Of a stretch of DNA of 35,099 nt, positions 1 to 7,467 are shown in pieces (position 1 is the stretch's first letter; each line of letters begins with the position of its first letter). The stretch spans positions 1 to 35,099 of the forward strand of contig CAYMPD010000009.1 of the NCBI GenBank assembly GCA_964392445.1. The letters run 5' to 3'. The notes beneath the pieces were generated by a model that worked only from the letters and a program-made list of their open reading frames with translations, was not told where the DNA came from and searched no databases. The DNA comes from an uncultured archaeon (GTDB taxonomy: Archaea > Aenigmatarchaeota > Aenigmatarchaeia > CG10238-14). Made by a program: the position numbers and the translations under genes.

Positions 1-34
1 AATTTGGTTGGGGGCGGGTGGTGGGATAAGACTT

Positions 35-262
35 CTAACGTTTGATAAAGTTTGCTTCAAGTCTTAGAAGTCTTCCTTCTAATTCTTTCTGCCTTTTCCA
101 GAGTATTTCTATCCTGGATTCAGTTTGATTCTCTTCTATTATTGGACTTACAAATTTTTTATCCAGTAAATCCTCAAGGAATTTAGAATAAGTCTTCTTA
201 CCTTTCTCCCGCTTAATCCGTGCCTTAACTTCAGATTTAACTGCTATAGATTTAAACGTCAT
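35..262 (-). CDS. Small RHH/antitoxin-like DNA-binding protein with C-terminal coiled coil
   Basis: Internal Met at 262 (MTFKSIAVKSEVKARIKREKGKKTYSKFLEDLLD) avoids overlap with the upstream gene and gives the strand-helix-helix pattern of RHH proteins. Confidence 0.55.
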   Translation of the reverse strand: MTFKSIAVKSEVKARIKREKGKKTYSKFLEDLLDKKFVSPIIEENQTESRIEILWKRQKELEGRLLRLEANFIKR

Positions 263-266
263 AGTA

Positions 267-722
267 TCACTCTGGGTAATCGGGTCCTCCTTGTCCTTTA
301 ACATTAGCATTCCAGATTTGCTTCATTTTCTTCTCTGTAATGTCTGACGTATCCCTGGGTTTCTGTCCTGTTTGTTTCCATTTAGAATCACACTCAGCAC
401 ACTCGTAAAAATATCGATTACGGCCATCTTCTAATTTGATTACCTTGACTAGTACGTTATCTCTGTGTTCGCATGGTTTCCCTTTGTACTCATCAGGATT
501 AAAATTCTTGGGATTAAACTTCTTATTAGATTTATCCACTTTCTTAAACTCATGTTCTTGTACTTCTGGTATATCTAAGAATCCATCTTCTCTGACTTTA
601 TATCGCTTCTCTTTTGGTTTATACTTCTCGATTAATGAAGATATGCGTTCGGTAAAATTTCTGCCTGGTGATTGTTTTAATTCTTCATGCAGTCTTTTGT
701 CTATTTGGATTGTCTTTTTCAT
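267..722 (-). CDS. RHH-like N-terminus plus Zn-ribbon protein
   Basis: MKKTIQIDKRLHEELK...NFTERISSLI is RHH-like; CEH...CAEC is a putative metal site; TATA box 23 nt upstream. Confidence 0.6.
   Translation of the reverse strand: MKKTIQIDKRLHEELKQSPGRNFTERISSLIEKYKPKEKRYKVREDGFLDIPEVQEHEFKKVDKSNKKFNPKNFNPDEYKGKPCEHRDNVLVKVIKLEDGRNRYFYECAECDSKWKQTGQKPRDTSDITEKKMKQIWNANVKGQGGPDYPE
291..350. repeat. 60-bp direct repeat, copy 1 (3' end of gene 267-722)
   Basis: 55/60 identical to 918-977 by manual alignment. Confidence 0.95.
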
Positions 723-744
723 GTAGAGAAAACGAAGAACGCAT

Positions 745-752
745 TTATATAA
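745..752 (-). promoter_or_regulatory. Archaeal TATA box for gene 267-722
   Basis: TTATATAA on the minus strand ending 23 nt before the ATG at 722; consistent with a leaderless transcript. Confidence 0.55.
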
Positions 753-817
753 TTACTACAGATTTTGTATTTACTTCTCGATAACAATAAATTTTGTAGT
801 GTCATGGTACCATATAA

Positions 818-847
818 CGAGCGAGCAAACTTTAGTTTGCGAGCGAG
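818..847. repeat. CGAGCGA-[6-bp stem, TTTA loop]-GAGCGAG motif, copy 1
   Basis: cgagcga gcaaac ttta gtttgc gagcgag; same 30-nt architecture as 1996-2025. Confidence 0.85.
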
Positions 848-917
848 TGATGAATATTAAATAATCTGCCAACTGCCTTAACCGGTTACCCTGGATTATT
901 AACAAGACGGTTGATAT

Positions 918-977
918 TTGTCCTTTAACATTAGCATCCCAGATTTGATCCATTTTCTTCTCTGTAATATATGACGT
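918..977. repeat. 60-bp direct repeat, copy 2 (duplicated fragment of gene 267-722)
   Basis: 55/60 identical to 291-350; minus strand reads TSYITEKKMDQIWDANVKGQ versus TSDITEKKMKQIWNANVKGQ. Confidence 0.95.
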
Positions 978-983
978 GTCGTA

Positions 984-1037
984 TCCATAGGAAATATAGG
1001 TTAAATCTCCATTTGAAACTCCACTGGAAACGGGGGG
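984..1037 (+). promoter_or_regulatory. Cluster of three mini-ORB-like boxes (TCCA-N3-GAAA), the last followed by a G6 string
   Basis: TCCATAGGAAAT (984), TCCATTTGAAAC (1008), TCCACTGGAAAC-GGGGGG (1020); matches the archaeal Orc1/Cdc6 origin recognition box pattern. Confidence 0.65.
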
Positions 1038-1072
1038 AGTTAAATTCCTGTACAGCTATCTTAACAGGCTGT

Positions 1073-1414
1073 TTATCGGTAAGAAATAAAATCAATCATG
1101 TCCTCCGGTGTGATCCTTTTGTTGAATTTTTGATTGACAACTTGTGCCCATCTTTCAGCTGTCTCCGGATTCTGAACAATAAAATTCTCTGCTTTTCTCA
1201 CAAACTTCCTGGGAACTCCAATAAATTTATTTTTCAATTGTTTTTCCTTTTCATGTTTTTTTATAATTTCCACATCGTCAATCGCCTGTGCCAATGCGTT
1301 CCTGCACACTTCTGAAACGTTAAACATTCTTTTCGCTTTTTCAAGAACTCGGCTTTCTACATTTATCGTAGTAGTAGTCAGATTATCAAATTCCTTCGGT
1401 CTTCCAGCTCCCAT
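1073..1414 (-). CDS. RHH (CcdA/CopG-like) DNA-binding protein
   Basis: GRPK motif followed by TTTINVESRVLEKAKRMFNVSEVCRNAL; GGTGA RBS upstream. Confidence 0.7.
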   Translation of the reverse strand: MGAGRPKEFDNLTTTTINVESRVLEKAKRMFNVSEVCRNALAQAIDDVEIIKKHEKEKQLKNKFIGVPRKFVRKAENFIVQNPETAERWAQVVNQKFNKRITPEDMIDFISYR

Positions 1415-1486
1415 ATAATCACCTAATATAATTAATTAATATGTATATATATAATTAATTAAGAGTTAGTTGTTAGTTAGTAGAAA

Positions 1487-1508
1487 TCTCCAGTGGAAAT
1501 CAAGGGGT
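1487..1508 (+). promoter_or_regulatory. Full-length ORB-like element
   Basis: TCTCCAGTGGAAATCAAGGGGT has both the TCCA-N3-GAAA core and the G-string; next to an almost pure A/T tract at about 1423-1462. Confidence 0.7.
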
Positions 1509-1661
1509 GAGAAGAAAAAGGCCGAGACCACCCATAAACCATTTTTATTTTCTAAGAAGAGACGCTGTAGTAGAAGTCTGCATTTGAAATGAAGGTCCCG
1601 AGCCGACTGAATTTTCACCGAGCGTAAGCGAGGGGAATATGAAGGAGGCGAGGGAATAAAA

Positions 1662-1949
1662 TTAACTTTCAATTCTACGATAACCTTCAGAAGCAGTAGT
1701 AGGCATATCTCCTTTTAGTCTATGCGCCTGGAAATCATCACGGGTTAAAGCTTGAAACTGTCCATTAGTACTCCTGTCTAAGAAACGACTCATCTCGATT
1801 AAGTATTTAATTACTCCGTCTAGTTTAATTGTATTCTGCACTATCTGATCTACCTTTGTATCTTTCTCAATCAAACCGTTAATGAATTCGCTGTACTCCT
1901 TCAGTTTATCAACTAACTTTTCCTCCAATGATACTGATCTAAAACTCAT
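1662..1949 (-). CDS. Hypothetical protein with RHH-like N-terminus
   Basis: MSFRSVSLEEKLVDKLKEY pattern; AT-rich TATA-like sequence upstream. Confidence 0.55.
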   Translation of the reverse strand: MSFRSVSLEEKLVDKLKEYSEFINGLIEKDTKVDQIVQNTIKLDGVIKYLIEMSRFLDRSTNGQFQALTRDDFQAHRLKGDMPTTASEGYRRIES

Positions 1950-1995
1950 ATAATAAATTTATAATAAAACATATAATAACTTATCGGACACCAAC

Positions 1996-2025
1996 CGAGC
2001 GAGGAAAATTTATTTTCCGAGCGAG
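1996..2025. repeat. CGAGCGA-[6-bp stem, TTTA loop]-GAGCGAG motif, copy 2
   Basis: cgagcga ggaaaa ttta ttttcc gagcgag; the stem differs from copy 1 but remains fully paired. Confidence 0.85.
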
Positions 2026-2104
2026 GGGTGAATTTGTAAATTATGCAAACTTACAGAACCCCATAACGTTGCCCTTTTTACCCTCCTTACCTGTTTTACC
2101 TGCC

Positions 2105-2154
2105 GTTACATAGATTGTAACAAGAGACCTACTAGACGTTACAATTCCTGTAAC
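2105..2154. repeat. Two GTTACA-N5-TGTAAC palindromes, 33 bp apart
   Basis: gttaca tagat tgtaac (2105-2121) and gttaca attcc tgtaac (2138-2154). Confidence 0.85.
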
Positions 2155-2711
2155 GCCGAGCCCGAGCGACCAGCAGGAGCGAGGGCGAGGAATAGAATAG
2201 AGAATAGAATAGGATATTATATGACCTAATAAAAAAAGAGCTATAGAACTCTCAACCTACTAAGTACCTACTTAGTGTCTAACCTGCTAAATTAGGGACT
2301 TAGAGACCTAAACGTACAAGCATTTTATATTTATTAGTTGCGAAACGTCGGGTGGCTATAATAACCAAAGGATCAGAAATACTCTGCTAAACATATTTTA
2401 AATTAAATAATAGCAGTAAGAAATAGTTCTAGAGTTCTTTAAACAAGAGTTTGAGAAGCGTTAAAGAATTTTAAATTAAGTATTGTATAGGAGGTATATG
2501 GAGGGAAGGTTGTTATTTTTGTGTTGCATCCCTCAACTCATTCGCATCCAGCAAGAGTTTGTACCGCTGGACACTCAATCGTTTCGGGGTTGAATAGAAA
2601 AAGAGAGAAGGCCCCTAAGCCTTCTCACGAATTGTGTGATAGAAATATAATAAGAACAAATAAATTAATAAATCACACGGTCATAAGTAAGGATGTTCGT
2701 AAGGATAACTA

Positions 2712-2719
2712 TTTAAATA
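2712..2719 (+). promoter_or_regulatory. Archaeal TATA box for the plus-strand early block
   Basis: TTTAAATA about 24 nt upstream of the first plus-strand ORF at 2743. Confidence 0.5.
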
Positions 2720-2742
2720 CGTTCCCCGATTAATGGGAATAG

Positions 2743-3114
2743 GTGATAAACTTGACAGAACAAATTGAATTAAATAATTTGGAGAATGAGAGACTGTTGA
2801 AGTTTCTTTTGGCTGAAGGTATAGATAGGACTGATGTGGAAACTGTAGACCTTAAAGGAATATCAACTAGTGAAGACACATTAGCTTTTTTGAGCAAGGA
2901 TAAAGCAAGAGTGTTTTTGAGCAGGACCAGGGTACCAGATGAGAATGCAATATCAGTGTTTACAATGGACCAGTTAGATAATTGTCGTAAGGTTTTGGGA
3001 AAGGATTCTTACGTTAAGTTTACATCTAACTCTGAGTACCCAGTTATGGTTTGTGATCAAGACGGTCGGAATGTAATTGTACTTGCGCCTATAGCAAAAC
3101 AAACAGAGGAATAA
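2743..3114 (+). CDS. Single-domain sliding-clamp (PCNA C-terminal)-like protein
   Basis: SVFTMDQLDNCRKVLGKDSYVKFTSNSEYPVMV...IVLAPI follows the PCNA C-terminal pattern (Y/F..L..+.K.L...V.+....P+.+...+.LAP); only about half the length of PCNA. Start may be TTG at 2752. Confidence 0.45.
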   Translation: MINLTEQIELNNLENERLLKFLLAEGIDRTDVETVDLKGISTSEDTLAFLSKDKARVFLSRTRVPDENAISVFTMDQLDNCRKVLGKDSYVKFTSNSEYPVMVCDQDGRNVIVLAPIAKQTEE

Positions 3115-3117
3115 AAC

Positions 3118-3318
3118 ATGGCTTTGGTAAATCAGTTAAGCGAAAAAGAGCAATTAATGAAAGACTGCAGGGACAGGATAAGAGAAGTTGAATCTAAAGG
3201 TAATAGACCTACTATACTGTTAGTGTTGCAGTGTTTGGAATTTCTATTGCGTAAATCTAAAGATGGGGGGGTTGGGGATTATTCCGAAGTTAAGCAGATT
3301 AAGGAAGAAGTATTTTGA
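3118..3318 (+). CDS. Hypothetical protein
   Basis: ORF tiles directly after the previous gene on the same strand. Confidence 0.55.
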   Translation: MALVNQLSEKEQLMKDCRDRIREVESKGNRPTILLVLQCLEFLLRKSKDGGVGDYSEVKQIKEEVF

Positions 3319-3342
3319 ACGGCTACATGAGATTGGGGTGTA

Positions 3343-3858
3343 TTGGAATTGGAAGTAATCTGCCCGCATTGTGGTAAGCAGATAGATGTAGAGATGCAGA
3401 AAGGTGATGGAGCCCAATATGCTAAAGATATGAAGAAGATTAGTAAGATGTCTCTTTGTATATTGTCCTGGTGGAGGCGTAATTATTCCAAGTACTGGAT
3501 TACTTCTCATGATGCCTATAAACAATTTGCTAAAGATATTCGTGCTGAAGACAGGCTTGATAAGTTTCCTAAAGGAATTCCAGAGCAGGCATTCAGTTAT
3601 AAGTTGAGAAGTTTCATTGCACGGATATCTGAGTTTGTAGGTCTAGGTTTGTTAGCCATGACCAAGGATGTACGGGAACTAAAGGATGAAGAGACTATGA
3701 CTATCAGGCATAAAGGTAGGAAACCTCACTATAAGATTGCTGACAAGGAACTAGTGGATGAAGTAATAGACAGGAATGGTTATGTGTTTTGGGTTGAAGA
3801 TTGGAATGAAGGATCCTACTCAAGGACTAAAGTAGAGAATCCTCCAGGGTTTTGGTAA
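3343..3858 (+). CDS. Zn-ribbon plus probable winged-helix DNA-binding protein
   Basis: CPHCG near the N-terminus; F.ARISEFVGLGLL resembles the recognition helix and wing of a wHTH. Confidence 0.6.
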   Translation: MELEVICPHCGKQIDVEMQKGDGAQYAKDMKKISKMSLCILSWWRRNYSKYWITSHDAYKQFAKDIRAEDRLDKFPKGIPEQAFSYKLRSFIARISEFVGLGLLAMTKDVRELKDEETMTIRHKGRKPHYKIADKELVDEVIDRNGYVFWVEDWNEGSYSRTKVENPPGFW

Positions 3859-3859
3859 T

Positions 3860-5392
3860 ATGAATATTAAAGCATCCCAGATAGCAGGAGATATAATAGA
3901 TATGATAATTCAAGAAGATAGACCTCTGAAGCATAAATTTATTTTTATTTCTCTGTTAGAGAAATATCCAAATGAGAAAAAATCCGATATCACTTATTGT
4001 GTAAATAATGCTAGCAAATTTAATTCTAATTTGAAAATTTATAAATCTCCTCTGAAGGATCAATACATCTACTACATCGATAAATTCTCATCCGACGCAG
4101 CAAAGGAATTTAGAAAAATTAAGGATGAATACTATGATAAGAAAGCATCTGAAACTGAAACTGAATATTACAGGAAGATGTTTAAATCAAAAGTTTGGGG
4201 TACTCTGATTGCAATTAAAGGAAAAAATTTTTATGGAATTGTTAAAGAGGGTCAGATGAAGCAAGTTATTAGTTCTAGACTATTATCCTTGTTAGTAAAT
4301 GGAATAGTATCTTACATTCCAGTGTGGATTTTCACTGATAGGTTTTGGGATTTATTATCTGAGTACCGCAAAGATATACCGCAAGAAGCAAAAAATTTAG
4401 AAGAACAATTATACCAACTATCGAACGAATTAAGTTCATTAAATAAATTGATTCATGATGGAAAAATAACATGGGTAGAATACCATCGATTGGAGAATGA
4501 ATTGTTAGAAAGAACTAAAGAGATATGGGAAATAAGGTCAGATATTCTAACTGATTTTTTCGACAACTCAGATAAGAAGTATAACCAAATCGCTGGATAT
4601 CTTAAATTTTCTGGGCAGTTTGTAGTTATAAGTTTAGAATTTCCTGATAGTAAAAATAAAATAAAATTATGTATAAGAAAAAACTTATTAGATGAATTCT
4701 TCAGAGGACACAGGAGGAATGTTCCTGTTAATTTCGTAGAAGAATACGAACCTATATCTACCACAAAGAAAGTAATGAAAAAACAAACTAAAAAAGCAGA
4801 GGAGATTCTATCTCAATTAAGAGAGCAAAGAGAAAAGTTGAAGAAACTTGATTTGGAATATAATCATATCAAAGAACCTGAACGTAAGATAGAACAGTGG
4901 GAAGATAAATTAACTAAATTAATGTTCCTAGATAATAAAGAAGTTGTTAAAGAATTTTCAAAAGTTATTACAAAATTAAAAAACAGAATTGTAGAATATA
5001 AGAAACTTATTAAAGCAGAAGAGGAACTTGGATTTGAGGAACAAGTAGCACGCCATCAGACAAGATTGAATAATAGTAAAAAAGAACTCGAAGAGCTAGA
5101 ACATCTCTGGAATAATTGGCAATTATCTGAGGTTAATCCTGCGTATATAGATTATTTAACAGTTGAATTTTTAAAAAGCCACACGTCAATACCGTTGAGA
5201 ATTGAACAACTCAAAAGGCAAATAGATCAGGCAAAAACACAGATAAAAGAATCACCTAATTTAGAAAAGGAATATAAACAAGAGAAAAGTCATATTGAGA
5301 GAAAAATAGAAATTCTGAATAGTGAATATGAAAAGGTAGAAAAGGCTAGAGAAAAATCCAGAAAAATTTTGAGGAGATTCAATGACGATTAA
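3860..5392 (+). CDS. Hypothetical 510-aa protein with long C-terminal coiled coil
   Basis: Long ORF; K/E/L heptad-rich second half; no Walker A motif seen; AT-rich codons. Confidence 0.8.
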   Translation: MNIKASQIAGDIIDMIIQEDRPLKHKFIFISLLEKYPNEKKSDITYCVNNASKFNSNLKIYKSPLKDQYIYYIDKFSSDAAKEFRKIKDEYYDKKASETETEYYRKMFKSKVWGTLIAIKGKNFYGIVKEGQMKQVISSRLLSLLVNGIVSYIPVWIFTDRFWDLLSEYRKDIPQEAKNLEEQLYQLSNELSSLNKLIHDGKITWVEYHRLENELLERTKEIWEIRSDILTDFFDNSDKKYNQIAGYLKFSGQFVVISLEFPDSKNKIKLCIRKNLLDEFFRGHRRNVPVNFVEEYEPISTTKKVMKKQTKKAEEILSQLREQREKLKKLDLEYNHIKEPERKIEQWEDKLTKLMFLDNKEVVKEFSKVITKLKNRIVEYKKLIKAEEELGFEEQVARHQTRLNNSKKELEELEHLWNNWQLSEVNPAYIDYLTVEFLKSHTSIPLRIEQLKRQIDQAKTQIKESPNLEKEYKQEKSHIERKIEILNSEYEKVEKAREKSRKILRRFNDD

Positions 5393-5585
5393 AGAGAAAC
5401 CGAAACTTAGATTTTCGGGTGATATTATAGATGAAAATACTGGTATTATATTCTCTATGACTACTAATGGAAAGACAATAAATTTACTACCTAAATACAA
5501 TGCTACTGGTGTAGATTTAATTAGATTTTTGAGATTTTTAGATAATCAATATAAATGGAGATTAAAAGGTGAAACTGAAAAATGA
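5382..5585 (+). CDS. Hypothetical protein (starts MTIKE)
   Basis: GAGGAG RBS upstream; overlaps the end of the previous gene. Confidence 0.65.
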   Translation: MTIKEKPKLRFSGDIIDENTGIIFSMTTNGKTINLLPKYNATGVDLIRFLRFLDNQYKWRLKGETEK

Positions 5586-5719
5586 CGATTAAAGAATCTA
5601 CTCAAAACAAATTATTAGAATTTTCTATAGAAAAAGGTTTTGTTAAAACTAATGAATTTGAACGAATGAAAAGATTAGACGAAATAAGGAGAGAATTAAG
5701 AATGTTGGGGATTGAATGA
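5582..5719 (+). CDS. Hypothetical 45-aa protein, not in the ORF track (MTIKESTQNKLLEFSIEKGFVKTNEFERMKRLDEIRRELRMLGIE)
   Basis: Translated by hand; ATGA overlaps with both neighbours; GGTGA upstream. Confidence 0.65.
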   Translation: MTIKESTQNKLLEFSIEKGFVKTNEFERMKRLDEIRRELRMLGIE

Positions 5720-6174
5720 ATGAAAAAGAATATTGGGATAGGGTTGAAAAACTTGGTAAAATTAGAAAAGAATTGGAAGATTTTTTGAGAGACAGAAGAA
5801 GAAAAATGAACAATAAAGAGTTGGCTGAAAAATATTTGGTAAAAACAGAAGAAGAATCAAAATTATTAAAAGAAAATATCAAATTAAAGGAAATTTTGAA
5901 AAATAGTTGGTTTCATATCACAGACAAGCAATTAGATGATTTATGTGTAAACTTAGCAGAAGTGTCGGCGTCTAAAGATGAATATGGAAAATGGTGGGGT
6001 CATGACACTGATATAGGTGATTTACCCAAAATACTCAAAGGAAAAATAAAATATTTTCAAAGAAAAATGAAAGGTGAAAAGAAAAATGAAAGTATAGATA
6101 TTTCTAAAGAAATAAAAGAGGGTTCTTTCATAAAAATTAAACTTACAGAAGATAATTTCAGAGATTTTGATTAG
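5716..6174 (+). CDS. Hypothetical protein
   Basis: ATGA overlap with the upstream ORF; tiles in the operon. Confidence 0.7.
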   Translation: MNEKEYWDRVEKLGKIRKELEDFLRDRRRKMNNKELAEKYLVKTEEESKLLKENIKLKEILKNSWFHITDKQLDDLCVNLAEVSASKDEYGKWWGHDTDIGDLPKILKGKIKYFQRKMKGEKKNESIDISKEIKEGSFIKIKLTEDNFRDFD

Positions 6175-6190
6175 GGGTGAAAAAGAAAAT

Positions 6191-7042
6191 ATGACGATTA
6201 ATTTAAGACAGAAGCGTTGGAATCTACCATCAAGTAAATTGATCAAGGGACAGAAGTTTTGCTGGTTTAGGAAGGACTGTAATAAGTGTGCTCACTTTAA
6301 GGATTGTATTTCTCCCACTGGGATTGCTAAAGAGAAGTATGAATATTGGGCTTACTGTCATGGGATAAAAGAACCAACTACTGAAGCGATGAGACTTGGT
6401 ACTGAAAGACATAGGATATATCAAGAAAATATTCCCGACGTCCATGAATGGGGTGGTCCCCTGGCGGTACAGAATAGTTTGATAGACGGTCAATTTATTC
6501 AATTGAAAGAAGCTGCTGTTTGTTCTCCGTTCTACGGTATCCATGGATTCATAGATATATTAGAAATGCAATTGAAGGATGATGAATTATTTATCAAGAT
6601 TACAGATCTGAAGACCGGTTGGTTGAAGAAATATATCTGGCAGATTGGTGCCTACGCTTTAGTTATGGAAGACCCCGAATTCAACATACTCTATCAGAAA
6701 CCTTATAAGCGTAAGAAGGGTTCTCGGAGATTGGGTATGAAACTATTGCCGACTAACCTCGAGGTCAAGAAGAATATCAAGCTGTCCATTTACTTCTTTG
6801 GATCCAAAAACGATTTGAATTGGGAATGGATGGTACATAATAGGAAGTCTGATTTCGGTCTCGGAGTGACGACGCAGATTAAACGTCGTTTGATGGAACG
6901 AAGACCGTTGCATAAGATGGGACTTTTGTTGCCAGAGGATTATAACCCCGAGAGGAAGGACAAACAATTATTCTTTGGGGTATCTAAATTGTTAAAGAAA
7001 ACAAAACCAAAGGTATATCATGAGCCAACGTATCGAGTTTAA
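6191..7042 (+). CDS. PD-(D/E)xK (Cas4/RecB-like) nuclease
   Basis: AMRLGTERH, GFIDIL, ITDLKTG and QIGAYAL motifs; Cys cluster at the N-terminus; ATG at 6191 follows a GGGGTGA RBS. Confidence 0.8.
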   Translation: MTINLRQKRWNLPSSKLIKGQKFCWFRKDCNKCAHFKDCISPTGIAKEKYEYWAYCHGIKEPTTEAMRLGTERHRIYQENIPDVHEWGGPLAVQNSLIDGQFIQLKEAAVCSPFYGIHGFIDILEMQLKDDELFIKITDLKTGWLKKYIWQIGAYALVMEDPEFNILYQKPYKRKKGSRRLGMKLLPTNLEVKKNIKLSIYFFGSKNDLNWEWMVHNRKSDFGLGVTTQIKRRLMERRPLHKMGLLLPEDYNPERKDKQLFFGVSKLLKKTKPKVYHEPTYRV

Positions 7043-7226
7043 TGAAGGAACCTGCTTTATTATTGAGGGGGAAGAAGTGAAAACAGTTGTATTGAGGAGC
7101 GGTAAAGTTTACCCATTAGTTGTATCTCCAACTCATGCTTCGGAGGATCCTATTAATAACACAACTTTATTTCCATACTTTCCTGCCAGGTGGTGTTTGA
7201 GTTATATTCAGAGGTTTGTTATATGA
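7020..7226 (+). CDS. Hypothetical protein
   Basis: Overlaps the nuclease stop on the same strand. Confidence 0.45.
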   Translation: MSQRIEFNEGTCFIIEGEEVKTVVLRSGKVYPLVVSPTHASEDPINNTTLFPYFPARWCLSYIQRFVI

Positions 7227-7467
7227 ATTTAATTGAAGAACTTTTGACTAAAATAATTATTGTTAGTTTCATTATCAAAGAATATGTTAAATATTTTGCA
7301 CGATGGTGGAAGAGAATATGAAGAACGGACAAACGTTTATTTTTCAATGGTTAGGAGTGTATCCCATTAGTAAGGGGGATTATAATTGGGCTGATATTAA
7401 TCATGGAATTGTCTCCCGAATATTCGGGGATATGTTGAATCAGAAAACTTTGAATGATTATAATTAG

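Noticed and set aside
771-953. 60-aa ORF as a real gene
   Set aside because: Its start derives from the duplicated 3' fragment of gene 267-722, it has no RBS, and it runs across the hairpin element and into a promoter.
984-1037. Mini-CRISPR array (short repeats ending in GAAA)
   Set aside because: Units are only 11-12 bp with no spacer-length unique sequence between them; an ORB-like motif fits better.
2521-2733. 70-aa ORF in the control region
   Set aside because: GTG start with no RBS, no motif, and it overlaps the TATA box of the next gene.
3860-5392. SMC/Rad50 ATPase or tape-measure protein
   Set aside because: No Walker A/B or signature motif; it lies in the early block on the strand opposite the structural genes.
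3244-6967. Minus-strand ORFs opposite the early block
   Set aside because: Antisense shadows of K/E-rich plus-strand genes.
6191-7042. CRISPR-Cas locus based on the Cas4-like gene
   Set aside because: No cas1, cas2, effector genes or array in the window; solo Cas4-like nucleases are common in archaeal viruses.
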